This document shows positions 28,170-39,615 of a stretch of DNA of 64,000 nt, one piece after another. The first letter of the stretch is position 1; each line of letters opens with the position of its first letter. The stretch comes from Heptranchias perlo. Lineage: Eukaryota. Below the pieces are notes generated by a model, which did no database searches, was not told the origin of the DNA, and was given only the letters and a program-made list of their open reading frames with translations. The DNA is taken from positions 29,078,001 to 29,142,000 of the forward strand of contig NC_090336.1 in NCBI RefSeq assembly GCF_035084215.1, written 5' to 3'. The position numbers and the translations under genes are program-made.

Positions 28170-28405
28170 AAATTAGGGGTTATGGGGAGCGGGCAGGAAA
28201 TTGGACATGAAGCTGAGTTCGGATCGGTCAATGCCCTGTGGGTGGCGGAGAGGGCCCAGGGGCTATGTGGCCGGGTCCTGCTCCGACTTCTTGTGTTCTT
28301 TAGATTTGTGGTTGGGATCAGATCAGCCATGATCTTATTGAATGGCGGAGCAGGCTCGAGGGGCCGATTGGCCTACTCCTGCTCCAATTTCTTATGTTCT
28401 TATGT
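28170..28405 (+). mobile_element. CR1 3' tail fragment
   Basis: gatcagccatgatc..gaggggccga..ttcttatgttcttatgt. Confidence 0.75.
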
Positions 28406-29104
28406 AAAAGTTCTCCCAGAACCTATACTGCAATCCCACAGTGTTCCCTCACTCCTAGATTCATACAAAAGAAAGATACCAAAACAAATCAAAAAAGTCA
28501 GAGTGATATAGCCATCATATGATGGAGAAAGTGAGCGAATGTGGGCAGAAGACAAAAGCCACTTTTATATTGGTCTTTTAATTTAGATTCCAGAAGCCTT
28601 TCATCAGAGCCACGCACAGCACTTATGCTGTTAAATCCAAGAGACCTTTAGATGCAGTTTATCCTGGGTCTACATATCTGTTGCCAGTCTGTGAAAAATG
28701 GATTTAGCAGCACAAATTCTGAAAATCAGGACATGGATCCCAGGATCCAAATTAAAAACCAATGTAAAAGGCCCTATAGACAGGAGGGAGTGAGAAAGAA
28801 GCAGCAATAGTTACAAGAATGTGTTTTTTGTTCTTGAGCAATGCCACAGGAAAACAACTATATTATAATGCATTGTGTGACATGTATAACGCTTCTATGA
28901 TTATAAAACAGAATATGTTTCAACTCACCTTAAGCAACAACACAAGAGATCATTAGTAGTTTGTGAAAGTCTAAGCAACAATTCATGCATGTTCAACTCA
29001 ATAATACCAAATCTTTATTAAATGTTTAATTAATTATGCAAAATAACAATTACAATTGTTGAACGTTTAATTGCAATATGCAGATACCCAAAGGACTACA
29101 AACA

Positions 29105-29276
29105 ATTCCTTTATTGTCGCTGGGTCAAAATCCTGGAACTCCCTACCTAACAGCATTGTGGGAGTACCTTCACCCCATGGACTGCAGCTGCTCACCACCA
29201 CATTCTCAAGTACAATTAGGGATGGGCAATAAATGCTGGCCTTGCCAGCGACGCCCACATCAGATGAATAAAAAAA
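29105..29276 (+). mobile_element. 3' fragment of the same LINE family
   Basis: gtcgctgggtcaaaatcctggaactccc..gccagcgacgcccacatc matches about 31380-31545. Confidence 0.85.
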
Positions 29277-29785
29277 TAACTTTTTAAAAATGTACAATTT
29301 AAGACATGATGCGAATATACTGAGATTGCTGGTATAGTTAAATCACACCTGTGCATTTTTAAAAATCCTTATTAAATTGTTAACGAATAAATATTAGTAA
29401 AAGCAATGACTCTCAATGACTTAAACTTTTGAGCAATGAGCAATAGCTATATCAGAACTATTTGTCTGCTCTCCACACGCAGACAAGCCTGGGTTAAACC
29501 CAGAAGCTGGTGTGTTGGAGCCGGGGTGCCGTGGCACTCCGAAAACAGAGTATTTTTACTCCCCATCTGCCCCAGGGGTAAAAATTTACCCCATGGTCTC
29601 TTCACACTGTACCCTCTTTTTCCCTTCGCACTTCTATCTCACCCTACACACTCTGCATAACAAACTACAGCTGGTTTTAGCAGCCACTCATCTCTCCGCT
29701 CTCCCTTCACACTAAATGATAACCGGTGTCCCTCTCTTTCATTCGCTCCAGAACAGTTGTTCTATTTTATCAATGATGTGGAGAT

Positions 29786-31856
29786 ACTAACGGGAGGAGG
29801 AGGCTCTGCAAACATCCCCATCCTCAATGACGGCGGAGTCCAGCACGTAAGTGCAAAATACAAGGCTGAAGCGTTTGCAACCATCTTCAGCCAGAAGTGC
29901 CGAGTGGATGATCCATCTCGGCCTCCTCCCGATATCCCCACCATCACGGAAGCCAGTCTTCGGCCAATTCGATTCACTCCACGTGATATCAAGAAACGGC
30001 TGAGTGCACTGGATACAGCAAAGGCTATGGGCCCGACAACATCCCAGCTGTAGTGCTGAAGACTTGTGCTCCAGAACTAGCTGCACCTCTAGCCAAGCTG
30101 TTCCAGTACAGCGACAACACTGGCATCTACCCGACAATGTGGAAAATTGCCCAGGTATGTCCTGTCCACAAAAAGCAGGACAAATCCAATCCGGCCAATT
30201 ACCGCCCGATCAGTCTACTCTCAATCATCAGCAAAGTGATGGAAGGTGTCGTCGACAGTGCTATCAAGCGGCACTTACTCACCAATAACCTGCTCACCGA
30301 TGCTCAGTTTGGGTTCCGCCAGGACCACTCGGCTCCAGACCTCATTACAGCCTTGGTCCAAACATGGACAAAAGAGCTGAATTCCAGAGGTGAGGTGAGA
30401 GTGACTGCCCTTGACATCAAGGCAGCATTTGACCGAGTGTGGCACCAAGGAGCCCAAGTAAAATTGAAGTCAATGGGAATCAGGGGGGAAACTCTTCAGT
30501 GGCTGGAGTCATACCTAGCACAAAGGAAGATGGTAGTGGTTGTTGGAGGCCAATCATCTCAGCCCCAGGACATTGCTGCAGGAGTTCCTCAGGGCAGTGT
30601 CCTAGGCTCAACCATCTTCAGCTGCTTCATCAATGACCTTCCCTCCATCATAAGGTCAGAAATGGGATGTTCGCTGATGACTGCACAGTGTTCACTTCCA
30701 TTCGCAACCCCTCAAATAATGAAGCAGTCCGAGCCCGCATGCAGCAAGACCTGGCTTGGGCTCATAAGTGGCAAGTAATATTCGTGCCAGATAAGTGCCA
30801 GGCAATGACCATCTCCAACAAGAGAGAGTCTAACCACCTCCCCTTGACATTCAACGGCATTACCATCGCCGAATCCCCCACCATCAACATCCTGGGGGTC
30901 ACCATTGACCAGAAACTTAACTGGACCAGCCATATAAATACTGTGGCTACAAGAGCAGGTCAGAGGCTGGGTATTCTGCGGCGAGTGACTCACCTCCTGA
31001 CTCCCCAAAGCCTTTCCACCGTCTACAAGGCACAAGTCAGGAGTGTGATGGAATACTCTCCACTTGCCTGGATGAGTGCAGCTCCAACAACACTCAAAAA
31101 GCTCGACACCATCCAAGATAAAGCAGCCCACTTGATTGGCACCCCATCCACCACCCTAAACATTCACTCCCTTCACTACCAGCACACTGTGGCTGCAGTG
31201 TGTACCATGTACAAAAGGCACTGCAGCAACTCGCCAAGGCTTCTTCGACAGCACCTCCCAAACCCGCGACCTCTACCACCTAGAAGGACAAGAGCAGCAG
31301 GCAGATGGGAACAACACCACCTGCACGTTCCCCTCCAAGTCACACACCATCCCGACTTGGAAATATATCGCCGTTCCTTCATCGTCGCTGGGTCAAAATC
31401 CTGGAACTCCCTTCCTAACAGCACTGTGGGAGAACATTCACCACACGGACTGCAGTGGTTCAAGAAGGCCGCTCACTACCACCTTCTCGAGGGCAATTAG
31501 GGATGGGCAATAAATGCCGGCCTCGCCAGCGACGCCCACATCCCATGATCACTGACAAAGCAGTTTGCCTCCTGGTTTTAGACAGACTGGTGAGCTGAGC
31601 ACAGGGTGACAAATATTAGCTCACAATCGGAAGCTCCTGGTCACAGAGCTGTATCTCAAAGAGACTACAAAGAATCGTGGGCCCTGCTCCCCCTCAGTCC
31701 CGACTTACATCTTCACCTCAGTTGCAGCTGTCAATCAAAACCACTACCTCAGTCACCTAGGATGATGGAATTGAATGGGATGGCTTGATCCATTTATTTG
31801 TGCCAAATACTTTGTGACCTGCGACGCCCACATCCCGTGAACGAATAAAAAAAAAA
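29786..31856 (+). mobile_element. 5'-truncated CR1/L2-group (jockey-like) LINE, RT domain and 3' tail, carrying an extra 288 bp segment
   Basis: [39 protein letters not shown] with one stop and one frameshift; ends gaataaaaaaaaaa. Confidence 0.92.
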
Positions 31857-32425
31857 TGCCGGTGATGGACTTGAGTGTACAAATGTAAGGAATCTTACAA
31901 CACCAGGTTATAGTCCAACAGTTTTATTTGAAAATCAAAAGCTTTCGGAGGCTTTCTCCTTCGTCAGGTGAAGTGTGGGATTCCTTGTCGGTTACCACAT
32001 TTATAGTCAGAGAACAATACCTGTTGATTACAGATAATCTTTCCAACTGCCCGTTGTCAAGTCACTCAAAGTGTTCAGACAGAGAGATGTTACATACAGG
32101 ACCACCGAATATACAAACGGCCAGAACAAAAGACAGAGCGAGAGAGAGAGAAATATCCGAAAGGAAGAGAAAGAGAGAGAATGACCCGTTGTATTAAAAA
32201 CAGATAACTTTTTTTCGCTGGTGGGGTTACGTGTAGTGTGACATGAACCCAAGATCCCGGTTGAGGCCGTCCTCATGGGTGCGGAACTTGGCAATCAATT
32301 TCTGCTCGACGATTTTGCGTTGTCGTGTATCTCGAAGGCCGTCTTGGAGAACGCTTACCCGAAGATCGGTGACTGAATGTCCTTGACTGCTGAAGTGTTC
32401 CCCGACTGTCTGGCGATTGTTGATC
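31857..32425 (-). mobile_element. Penelope-like element 3' fragment (GIY-YIG tail plus pLTR); its extreme end is displaced to 29773-29785 by a LINE insertion
   Basis: GEHFSSQGHS..LRVSVLQ..EQKLIAKFRTHEDGLNRD matches the 38.5 kb copy. Confidence 0.9.
31934..31972 (-). ncRNA. Minimal hammerhead motif with degenerate stem I
   Basis: UUCAC-CUGACGA-AGGAGAAAGCCUCC-GAAA-GCUU-UUGAU. Confidence 0.5.
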
Positions 32426-32831
32426 TGGCGATCAAAGAGAGGCTCTGAAGGCTTGTCTTTGATGCACATTCTTTCAACTAGTTTCTGTGTGCAGTTACTT
32501 GTTCATGGCTTTCACCCATTGCTTCTAATCATTCATCTAATTGATGAAATGAATGCAGGTGAAACAAAATTACCGTATAATTAATACAACTTGGATATGT
32601 TACAAAAGATTCAGGATAAATATGCTAATAATCAGAAAAAGAAACTTAGATAATAGGCTATAAAATATGAAAATGAAACTGAAGTTGACCATAAATCATT
32701 TCATTCACAGATGGAAAACATTCTAGCATCGTGTATACTTGATGTGAGAGGTCAAAATAAGGATGCTGCTTCCATCTGGTATATCAAAACCATAACTCAT
32801 TACTTACTGTTCCAGAAAATGCCACACCAAC

Positions 32832-33133
32832 TCAACTTAATTTCAGCCTGAAATATCTGGGAACTGGGTCCATCTCAGTGGTAATCTCAACTTGGAGCAG
32901 ACAATTGTCATCTTCTTGCCTTGGTATGTAAGTTAGTGCAGTGGTGAAACCTTTACCAGTTTCAAATGGTGTGTTTGCAATAAAGCTCTTATCTTCAAAA
33001 GGGTAGACGTCTCTGTACCAGGTGATGTGAGACTCCGCTATGGTGAATCCTTTAACGGTGCAGGAAACAATTACGGGTTGGCCAGCTTTAGGACTTTCTG
33101 TTTGGCAAGTTATCTTTGACACTGTCTGAAAAT
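32832..33133 (-). CDS. Gene A last coding exon: post-TM C1-like Ig domain 7 ending in TGA
   Basis: ttccaacag|AT (phase 1). DFQTVSKITC..VSCTVKGF..ITW..LLQVEI..LKLS*. A possible donor ACA|GTAAGT lies at 32808, 24 nt past the stop. Confidence 0.82.
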
Positions 33134-33391
33134 CTGTTGGAATAAAATTTGAAATGTAAAACCCTTAATAATGTGACAAAAATAAAGATTTTATTTTACA
33201 AAGTAAACACAAGAAAAGTTGGTAGTTCCAGCAGTACAGCTCGGCACTCCCAGACTAGGGGCTTTTTATTTTTAATCCCAACTACTTCTGACATTTGAAC
33301 TCAGCCATCAATTGGCATTTCCTGCCTAAAAACATGGAATCAGATGGTGTACATCATGGCCATGGAATATTCTATGAGAGTGACGTGGCTG

Positions 33392-35281
33392 TCATAGAAT
33401 CATAGAAAATTTACGGCACAGAAGGAGGCCATTCGGCCCATCGTGTCCGCGCCGGCTGAGAAACGAGCCACCCAGCATAATCCCACTTTCCCGCATTTGG
33501 TCCGTAGCCCTGCAGGTCATGGCTCTTCAGGTGCACATCCAGGTTTTTTTTTAAATGAGTTGAGGGTTTCTGCCTTTACCACCCTCTCAGGCAGTGAGTT
33601 CCAGACCCCCACCACCCACTGGGTGAAAAAAGTTTTCTTCATTTCCGCTCTAATCCTTCTACCAATCACTTTAAATCCATGCCCCCTGGTTATTGACCCC
33701 TCCGCTAAGGGAAATAGGTCCTTCTTATCCACTCTATCTAGGCCCCTCATAATTTTGTACACCTCAATTAAATCACCCTCTGTTCCAAGGAAAATAACCC
33801 CAGCCTATCCAATCGGTCATCATAGCTAAAATTCTCCAGTCCTGGCAACAGCCTCGTAAATCTCCTCTGCACCCTCTCTAGTGCAATTACATCCTTCCTG
33901 TAATGTGGTGAACAGAACTGTACAAAGTACTCAAGCTGTGGCCTAACTAGTGTTTTATACAGTTCCAGCATAACATCCCTACTTTTATATTCTATGCCTC
34001 GGCTAATAAAGGAAAGCATTCCATATGCCTTTTTAACCACCTTATCTACCTGTCCTACTACCTTCAGGGAGTGCATGTCCACAGATCCAAGGTCTCTCAC
34101 TTCCTCTACACCTCTCAGTATCCTCTCATTTATGGTGTATTCCCTTGCCTTGTTTGCTCTCCCCAAATGCATTACCTCAACTTCTCCGGATTAAACCCCA
34201 TTTGCCACTTTTCTGTCCATCTGACCAGTCCATTGATATCTTCCTGCAGTCTACAGCTTTCCTCCTCACCATCAACCACACAGCCTATCTTTGTGTCATC
34301 CGCAAATTTTTTAATCATGCCCCCTACGTTTATGTCCAAATCGTTAATGTACACCCCAAAAAGCAAAGGACCTAGTACCGAGCCCTGCGGCACCCCACAG
34401 GAAATCGCCTTCCAGTCGCAAAAACACCCGTCGACCATTACCCTTTGCTTCCTGCCACTGAGCCAATTTTGGATCCAATTTGCCACATTCCCTTGGATCC
34501 CATGGGCCTTTACTTTTTTGACCAATCTGCCATGTGGGACCTTGTCAAAAGCTTTGCTAAAATCTACGTAGACTACATGAATTGCACTACCCTCATCGAT
34601 CCGCCTCGTCACCTCCTCGAAAAATTCAATCAAGTTAGTCAGACACGACCTCCCCTTAACAAATCCGTGCTGACTGTCCTTGATTAGTCCATGCCTTTCT
34701 AAGTGACAGTTTATCCTGTCCCTCAGAATTGATTCCAATAATTTGCCCACCACCGAGTTAGGCTGACTGGCCAGTAATTACACGGTCTATCCTTCGCTCC
34801 CTTTTTAAACAACGGTACAACGTCAGCAGTCCTCCAATCCTCCGGCACCACGTCTGTATCCAGTGAAGTTTGGAAAATGATTGTTAAAGCCTCCGCTATT
34901 TCCTCCCTGGCTTCTTTTAACAGTCTGGGATACATTTCATCCGGCCCTGGTGATTTATCCACTTTCAAAGATGCTAATCCCCTTAATACTTCCTCTCTCA
35001 CTATGTTTATCCCATCCAATATTTCACACTCCTCCTCCTTAACTTCAATCCCTGCATCATCCCCCTCCTTTGTGAAGACAGATGCAAAGTATTCAATTAA
35101 GAACCATACCCACATCTTCCACCTCCACACATAGTTTACCTTTTGGGTCTCTTATAGGCCCTACTCTTTCCTTAGTTATCCACTTGCTCTTAATGTATTT
35201 ATAAAACATTGTTGGGTTTTCTTTGATTTTACCTGCTAATATTTTTTCATGCCCTCTCTTTGCTTTCCTAATTTCCTTTTA
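33392..35281 (-). mobile_element. CR1 LINE, 5'-truncated
   Basis: [34 protein letters not shown]; tcatagaatcataga tail. Confidence 0.93.
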
Positions 35282-36299
35282 TGGTCAAATAGCTGCCAGG
35301 GTGTGACCTGTGAGTTGTGGGTGTAAAGCTTGCAACAGCAGTAATGTGTGAGGGTGAGATGAAGCATCTGATTGGAAGAGTTAAGTACTGATTTAAAGAG
35401 TTTGTTGGTAGGTGGGTGATGGGGGGGTGTAGTGCTGAGCAACTTTTATTCAATATTTTGAAGGAACTCAACAATTTGTAAACATAAGGATGGGACCTAC
35501 ATGTGTGTTTTATGTGAGCGATTTCTGATCTCCGCTCAGACCCGCATCTTATATTTCGAAAATATAAAAGTCCTGCAAACTTTGAGCAGCCATGTTGTTG
35601 CTCGTTAAAAATTTCAGACTTCCCATCATCACCATGCTTCACTGTATTGCAGCATAGATTCACTTCACCATTGGCTTTTACCACTTCCTGCAGCCAAGGT
35701 GCACCTTCCCTTTAAGAGGTGCAGGCTGCCTTTAAGTGGTGCTAGCCACACGCGATATCTGGGCCCACTGCTGGTGAGCAGCCACTCAACAGCGCAGCTA
35801 GACCTGGCTGCACCCACCACCAATCATGTAAATCACCAGGCAGCATGAATGTTATGTGTTGCCTGCATCTCAACAACCGGGCACGGGTTAATCGCGCACT
35901 GCGATCACCACGCCCGTTTTTGGGGGTTAACTAATTTAACCCCCAGTATGTTTTGGTGGTGTTGGCGTTGGAGGGGGGAATGTGGCCAAGACACTGAGAA
36001 AATAGCTTTCTTTCCTGAATAATGCTATGGGATCTCTTACATCTGATGGGATCTAGTTTAACATCTTATCTGAAAGACAGCATCTCGGACAATGCAGCAC
36101 TCCCTCAGTACTACATTGAAGTGTCAGCCTGGAATATGTGTTCAAGTTCTAACACACAATCTTCAGACTATGAAGCGAGTGTACTACCACTGATCCAAAC
36201 CGACACTTGAAGCAGTGTAGTACCTTATATACTGCATGCCTTGCAGCTGTCAGCATAGCCATTATTGTCTGTATTCTGATCCGTGGGGTTTACTGCACA

Positions 36300-38200
36300 T
36301 CTTAAGAGCAAAAGGTGATTCTCACTTTTTGCATGCTTTCTTTAAGAAGACAAGCCTTATAAATCAGGAGAAATCAGCAACAGTTGGCAAGCCCCCAAAC
36401 CTGAAACGTACCACTTCAATGAGGAGGAATCCATGCAGATCCTGAGGGAAGCAACTTGGGTGATAAAGACAGCAAGGTAGAAGGGCATTTGCCAACAGAG
36501 TGTTTGTCACAGCATTCTATTCTTCCTATTGCATCTTGCATTAATCCTCAGAAGCATATCGTGAGATCCTTATCACTCCTTGCACTGAAATTGATGTGCG
36601 CTCCATTCCTGAGATTCTATTCAAAGCTGTCTTTCTCTTTTCCTTTTCTAGGGGTTTCTGGAGAAGGTGAGCCAGGCTCCAGTGCATCCAGCCCAGCCAG
36701 CACTTCAAAGCATGAACCAACACTCACTCTCTCCCTCCCAAGCACCAGCACAGTGCCATCCATTAGAGTCTGAGTGTGAAGGGAATGCACTGGGTGATGC
36801 ACATGTCACGTGAGCAGGAGGAGCCAGCGTGGAATGTGAGGCGGAAGTCATGACTGACTGAACAGTCAGGATATAATAACCCTTGGCTCAAAAGTTTGGG
36901 GATCCTGATCTTGCAGGGCATTAAAGGTATGTGAGGCAGAGAAGACAGTGTCAGATACTGTGCAGCAGATGGTGGGTAAACTGGAGGAGTCCACTCTGTG
37001 CACTGCAGTCCATCTTGGAACATGTGGTGAGGGGACCATATGACAGAGGCCACGAGAGCAGTCTGCAATTCTTTCATGGTTGCTAAGACTGCTGTCAGAG
37101 GTCTGGGGTGTCAGATTGGGGACAGTTGTCTCACGGATCTTTATTAATCTCACTATTACTGATAAATCTCCTTTCCTGCAGATCAGTGACCATGCAAAGC
37201 CACTGCCCAATGCTGGTAGCATGGCAGGAATGCATTCAGATGATGGTCTTTCTGGGCAGCAGCACATGCGTGCCATCCTGCCAGCCCCTCAGATGCCCGC
37301 ACATGAAAGGAGGCAGGGCCAAATTTCTCAATCAGCAGCAGAAGAGGTGCAGCCTACAGCAGGTCCATCTCAGAACTCTTCTGCCTTGAGGAAAGGGCCA
37401 CTGCATGCCCCGAGGCTCATGCTGACATTGCATCCAGCCACCTCACATCATCCTGCCACTCAGATGGCACCTAGGAAAAGCATTAGGTACATGCACACAC
37501 ACTTTAGAGGTTTTGATTAAAACTATGGTTGCATTAAAGTTGTGTGTCATCTATGGCAATGTTTGAAAATGGATTTGATGAGATAGCGTGAATGAAAACT
37601 CTGAGTTGATGCACACAGGAAAGATTGTGGGGGAAATAATCTGCTCGAGAGTGCAATGACCAGATGCGGTAGTCAAGAGAAGGCCTCATGTATCAGTGTG
37701 GCACAAATATGCTCTGCAGCTAGGAAAAGGTTGTGCTCCATATTATCTACAGGCCTCTGCTGCTGCTCCTTGTCTTCTTCGGTCAAATGCAGATAAGGGT
37801 CATATCTTCCTGTATCCTCAGGTGTGGGATACTGATGAGTAGATGTCATGGGTCTCCAGTGCAGCCTCACCAACTTGGTTTCCCTACTATCCTCTTCTTC
37901 CAAGAAGCAAAGGTAGTGGGGAATCCCCAATTGGAAACCTACGTTGTGTCTTGTCTGAAGTGGGGGGTCCACATCAAAGGGCAGAGAGTAATGCATTAGG
38001 AACAGCAAAAAAAAGTGGAGAAAAAAGGATTTTGCAAAGCTTTAATTATATCTGTGTTTGGCTCTTTAAATGTATTTTTGTCTTTTCTCCAGCATCTAGC
38101 AACCCTGGACAGCCATTGTATACAGGCATGGTTACTGCTAAGTACAAATAAGGCAGTACTGATGCAAAATAGGATGCATGATGTTATCATATGATTACTG
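36300..38200. mobile_element. Degenerate Harbinger-like internal remnant (partly duplicated at 40131-41300)
   Basis: Low-complexity Pro/Ala/Gln-rich frames similar in character to 21550-22420, converging on a minus-strand frame ending ..AAEHICATLIHEAFS. The family assignment is inferred. Confidence 0.4.
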
Positions 38201-38214
38201 CCTAATTTTAATAA

Positions 38215-39615
38215 TTGTAAACAATTTTACAACACCAAGTTATAGTCCAGCAATTTTATTTTAAATTCACAAGCTTTCGGAGGCTTCCCCCTTCGTCAGG
38301 TGAACGATGTGAAATGAGATCCTCGAAATTAAATCGCATTTATAATTCACAGAACAATGCTTGGTGAGTACAGACAGTTTTTTCAACTGCCCGTTGCCAA
38401 GGCAATCAGTGTGCAGACAGACAGGTGTTACCTGCCAGGTCTCACAGAATATACAAATCACCAAAAAAAAAACAACAAACAAAAAAAAACAGAAATGGAG
38501 AGGTAGAAACATAGAAAAGACAGCAACTGACCCGTTATATTAAAAACAGATAACATTTGTTCGCTGGTGGGGTAACGTGTAGCGTGACATGAACCCAAGA
38601 TCCCGGTTGAGGCCGTCCTCATGGGTGCGGAATTTGGCTATCAATTTCTGCTCGACGATTTTGCGTTGTCGTGTGTCTCGAAGGCCGCCTTGGAGAACGC
38701 TTACCCGAAGGTCGGTGGATGAATGTCCATGACTGCTGAAGTGTTCCCCGACTGGGAGGGAACCCTCCTGTTTGGCGATTGTTGCGCGGTGTCCGTTCAT
38801 CCGTTGTCGCAGCGTCTGCATGGTCTCGCCAATGTACCATGCTCTGGGGCATCCTTTCCTGCAATGTATGAGGTAGACAACGTTGGCCGAGTCACAGGAG
38901 TATGAACCATGCACCTGGTGGGTGGTGTCCTCTCGTGTGATGGTGGTATCTGTGTCAATGATCTGGCATGTCTTGCAGAGGTTACCGTGGCAGGGTTGTG
39001 TGGTGTCGTGGACGCTGTTCTCTTGAAAGCTAGGTAATTTGCTGCGAACGATGGTCTGTTTGAGGTTGGGTGGCTGTTTAAAGGCGAGTAGTGGAGGTGT
39101 GGGGATGGCCATAGCGAGGTGTTTGTCCTCATTGATGACATGTTGAAGGCTGCGGAGAACATGGCGTAGTTTCTCCGCTCCGGGGAAGTACTGGACGACA
39201 AAGGGTACTCTGTTGGTTGCGTCCCGTGTTAGTCTCCTGAGGAGGTCTATGCGATTTTTTGCTGTGGCCCGTCGGAACTGTCGATCGATGAGTCGAGCGT
39301 CATATCCCGTTCTTACTAGGGCGTCTTTCAGCGTCTGTAGGTGTCCATCGCGTTCCTCCTCGTCTGAGCAGACCCTGTGTATTCGCAGGGCCTGTCCATA
39401 GGGGATGGCCTCTTTGACGTGGTTAGGGTGGAAGCTGGAAAAGTGGAGCATCGTGAGGTTGTCCGTGGGCTTACGGTAGAGTGAGGTGCTGAGGTGCCCG
39501 TCTTTGATGGAGATTCGTGTGTCCAAGAAAGAAACTGATTCTGAGGAGTAGTCCATGGTGAGCTTGATGGTGGGATGGCTTACGGTAGAGTGAGGTGCTG
39601 AGGTGCCCGTCTTTG
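38215..39615 (-). mobile_element. 5'-truncated Penelope-like retroelement (RT C-terminus plus GIY-YIG endonuclease)
   Basis: Open frame to the stop at 38540: FLDTRI..LYRKPTD..IPYGQALR and NVVYLIHC..WYIGETMQTLRQRMNGHR (GIY-YIG). ATAA flanks both ends, and the empty site is seen at about 41305. Confidence 0.93.
38266..38304 (-). ncRNA. Minimal type I hammerhead ribozyme motif in a Penelope pLTR
   Basis: UUCAC-CUGACGA-A-GGGGG AAG CCUCC-GAAA-GCUU-GUGAA: intact core, stems I and II, palindromic AAGCUU helix III. Confidence 0.72.

Noticed and set aside
31606-31788. Duplicated 60 aa ORF (also 63513-63695) as a small gene
   Set aside because: GTG start and no coding features; the identity reflects the recent DNA duplication.
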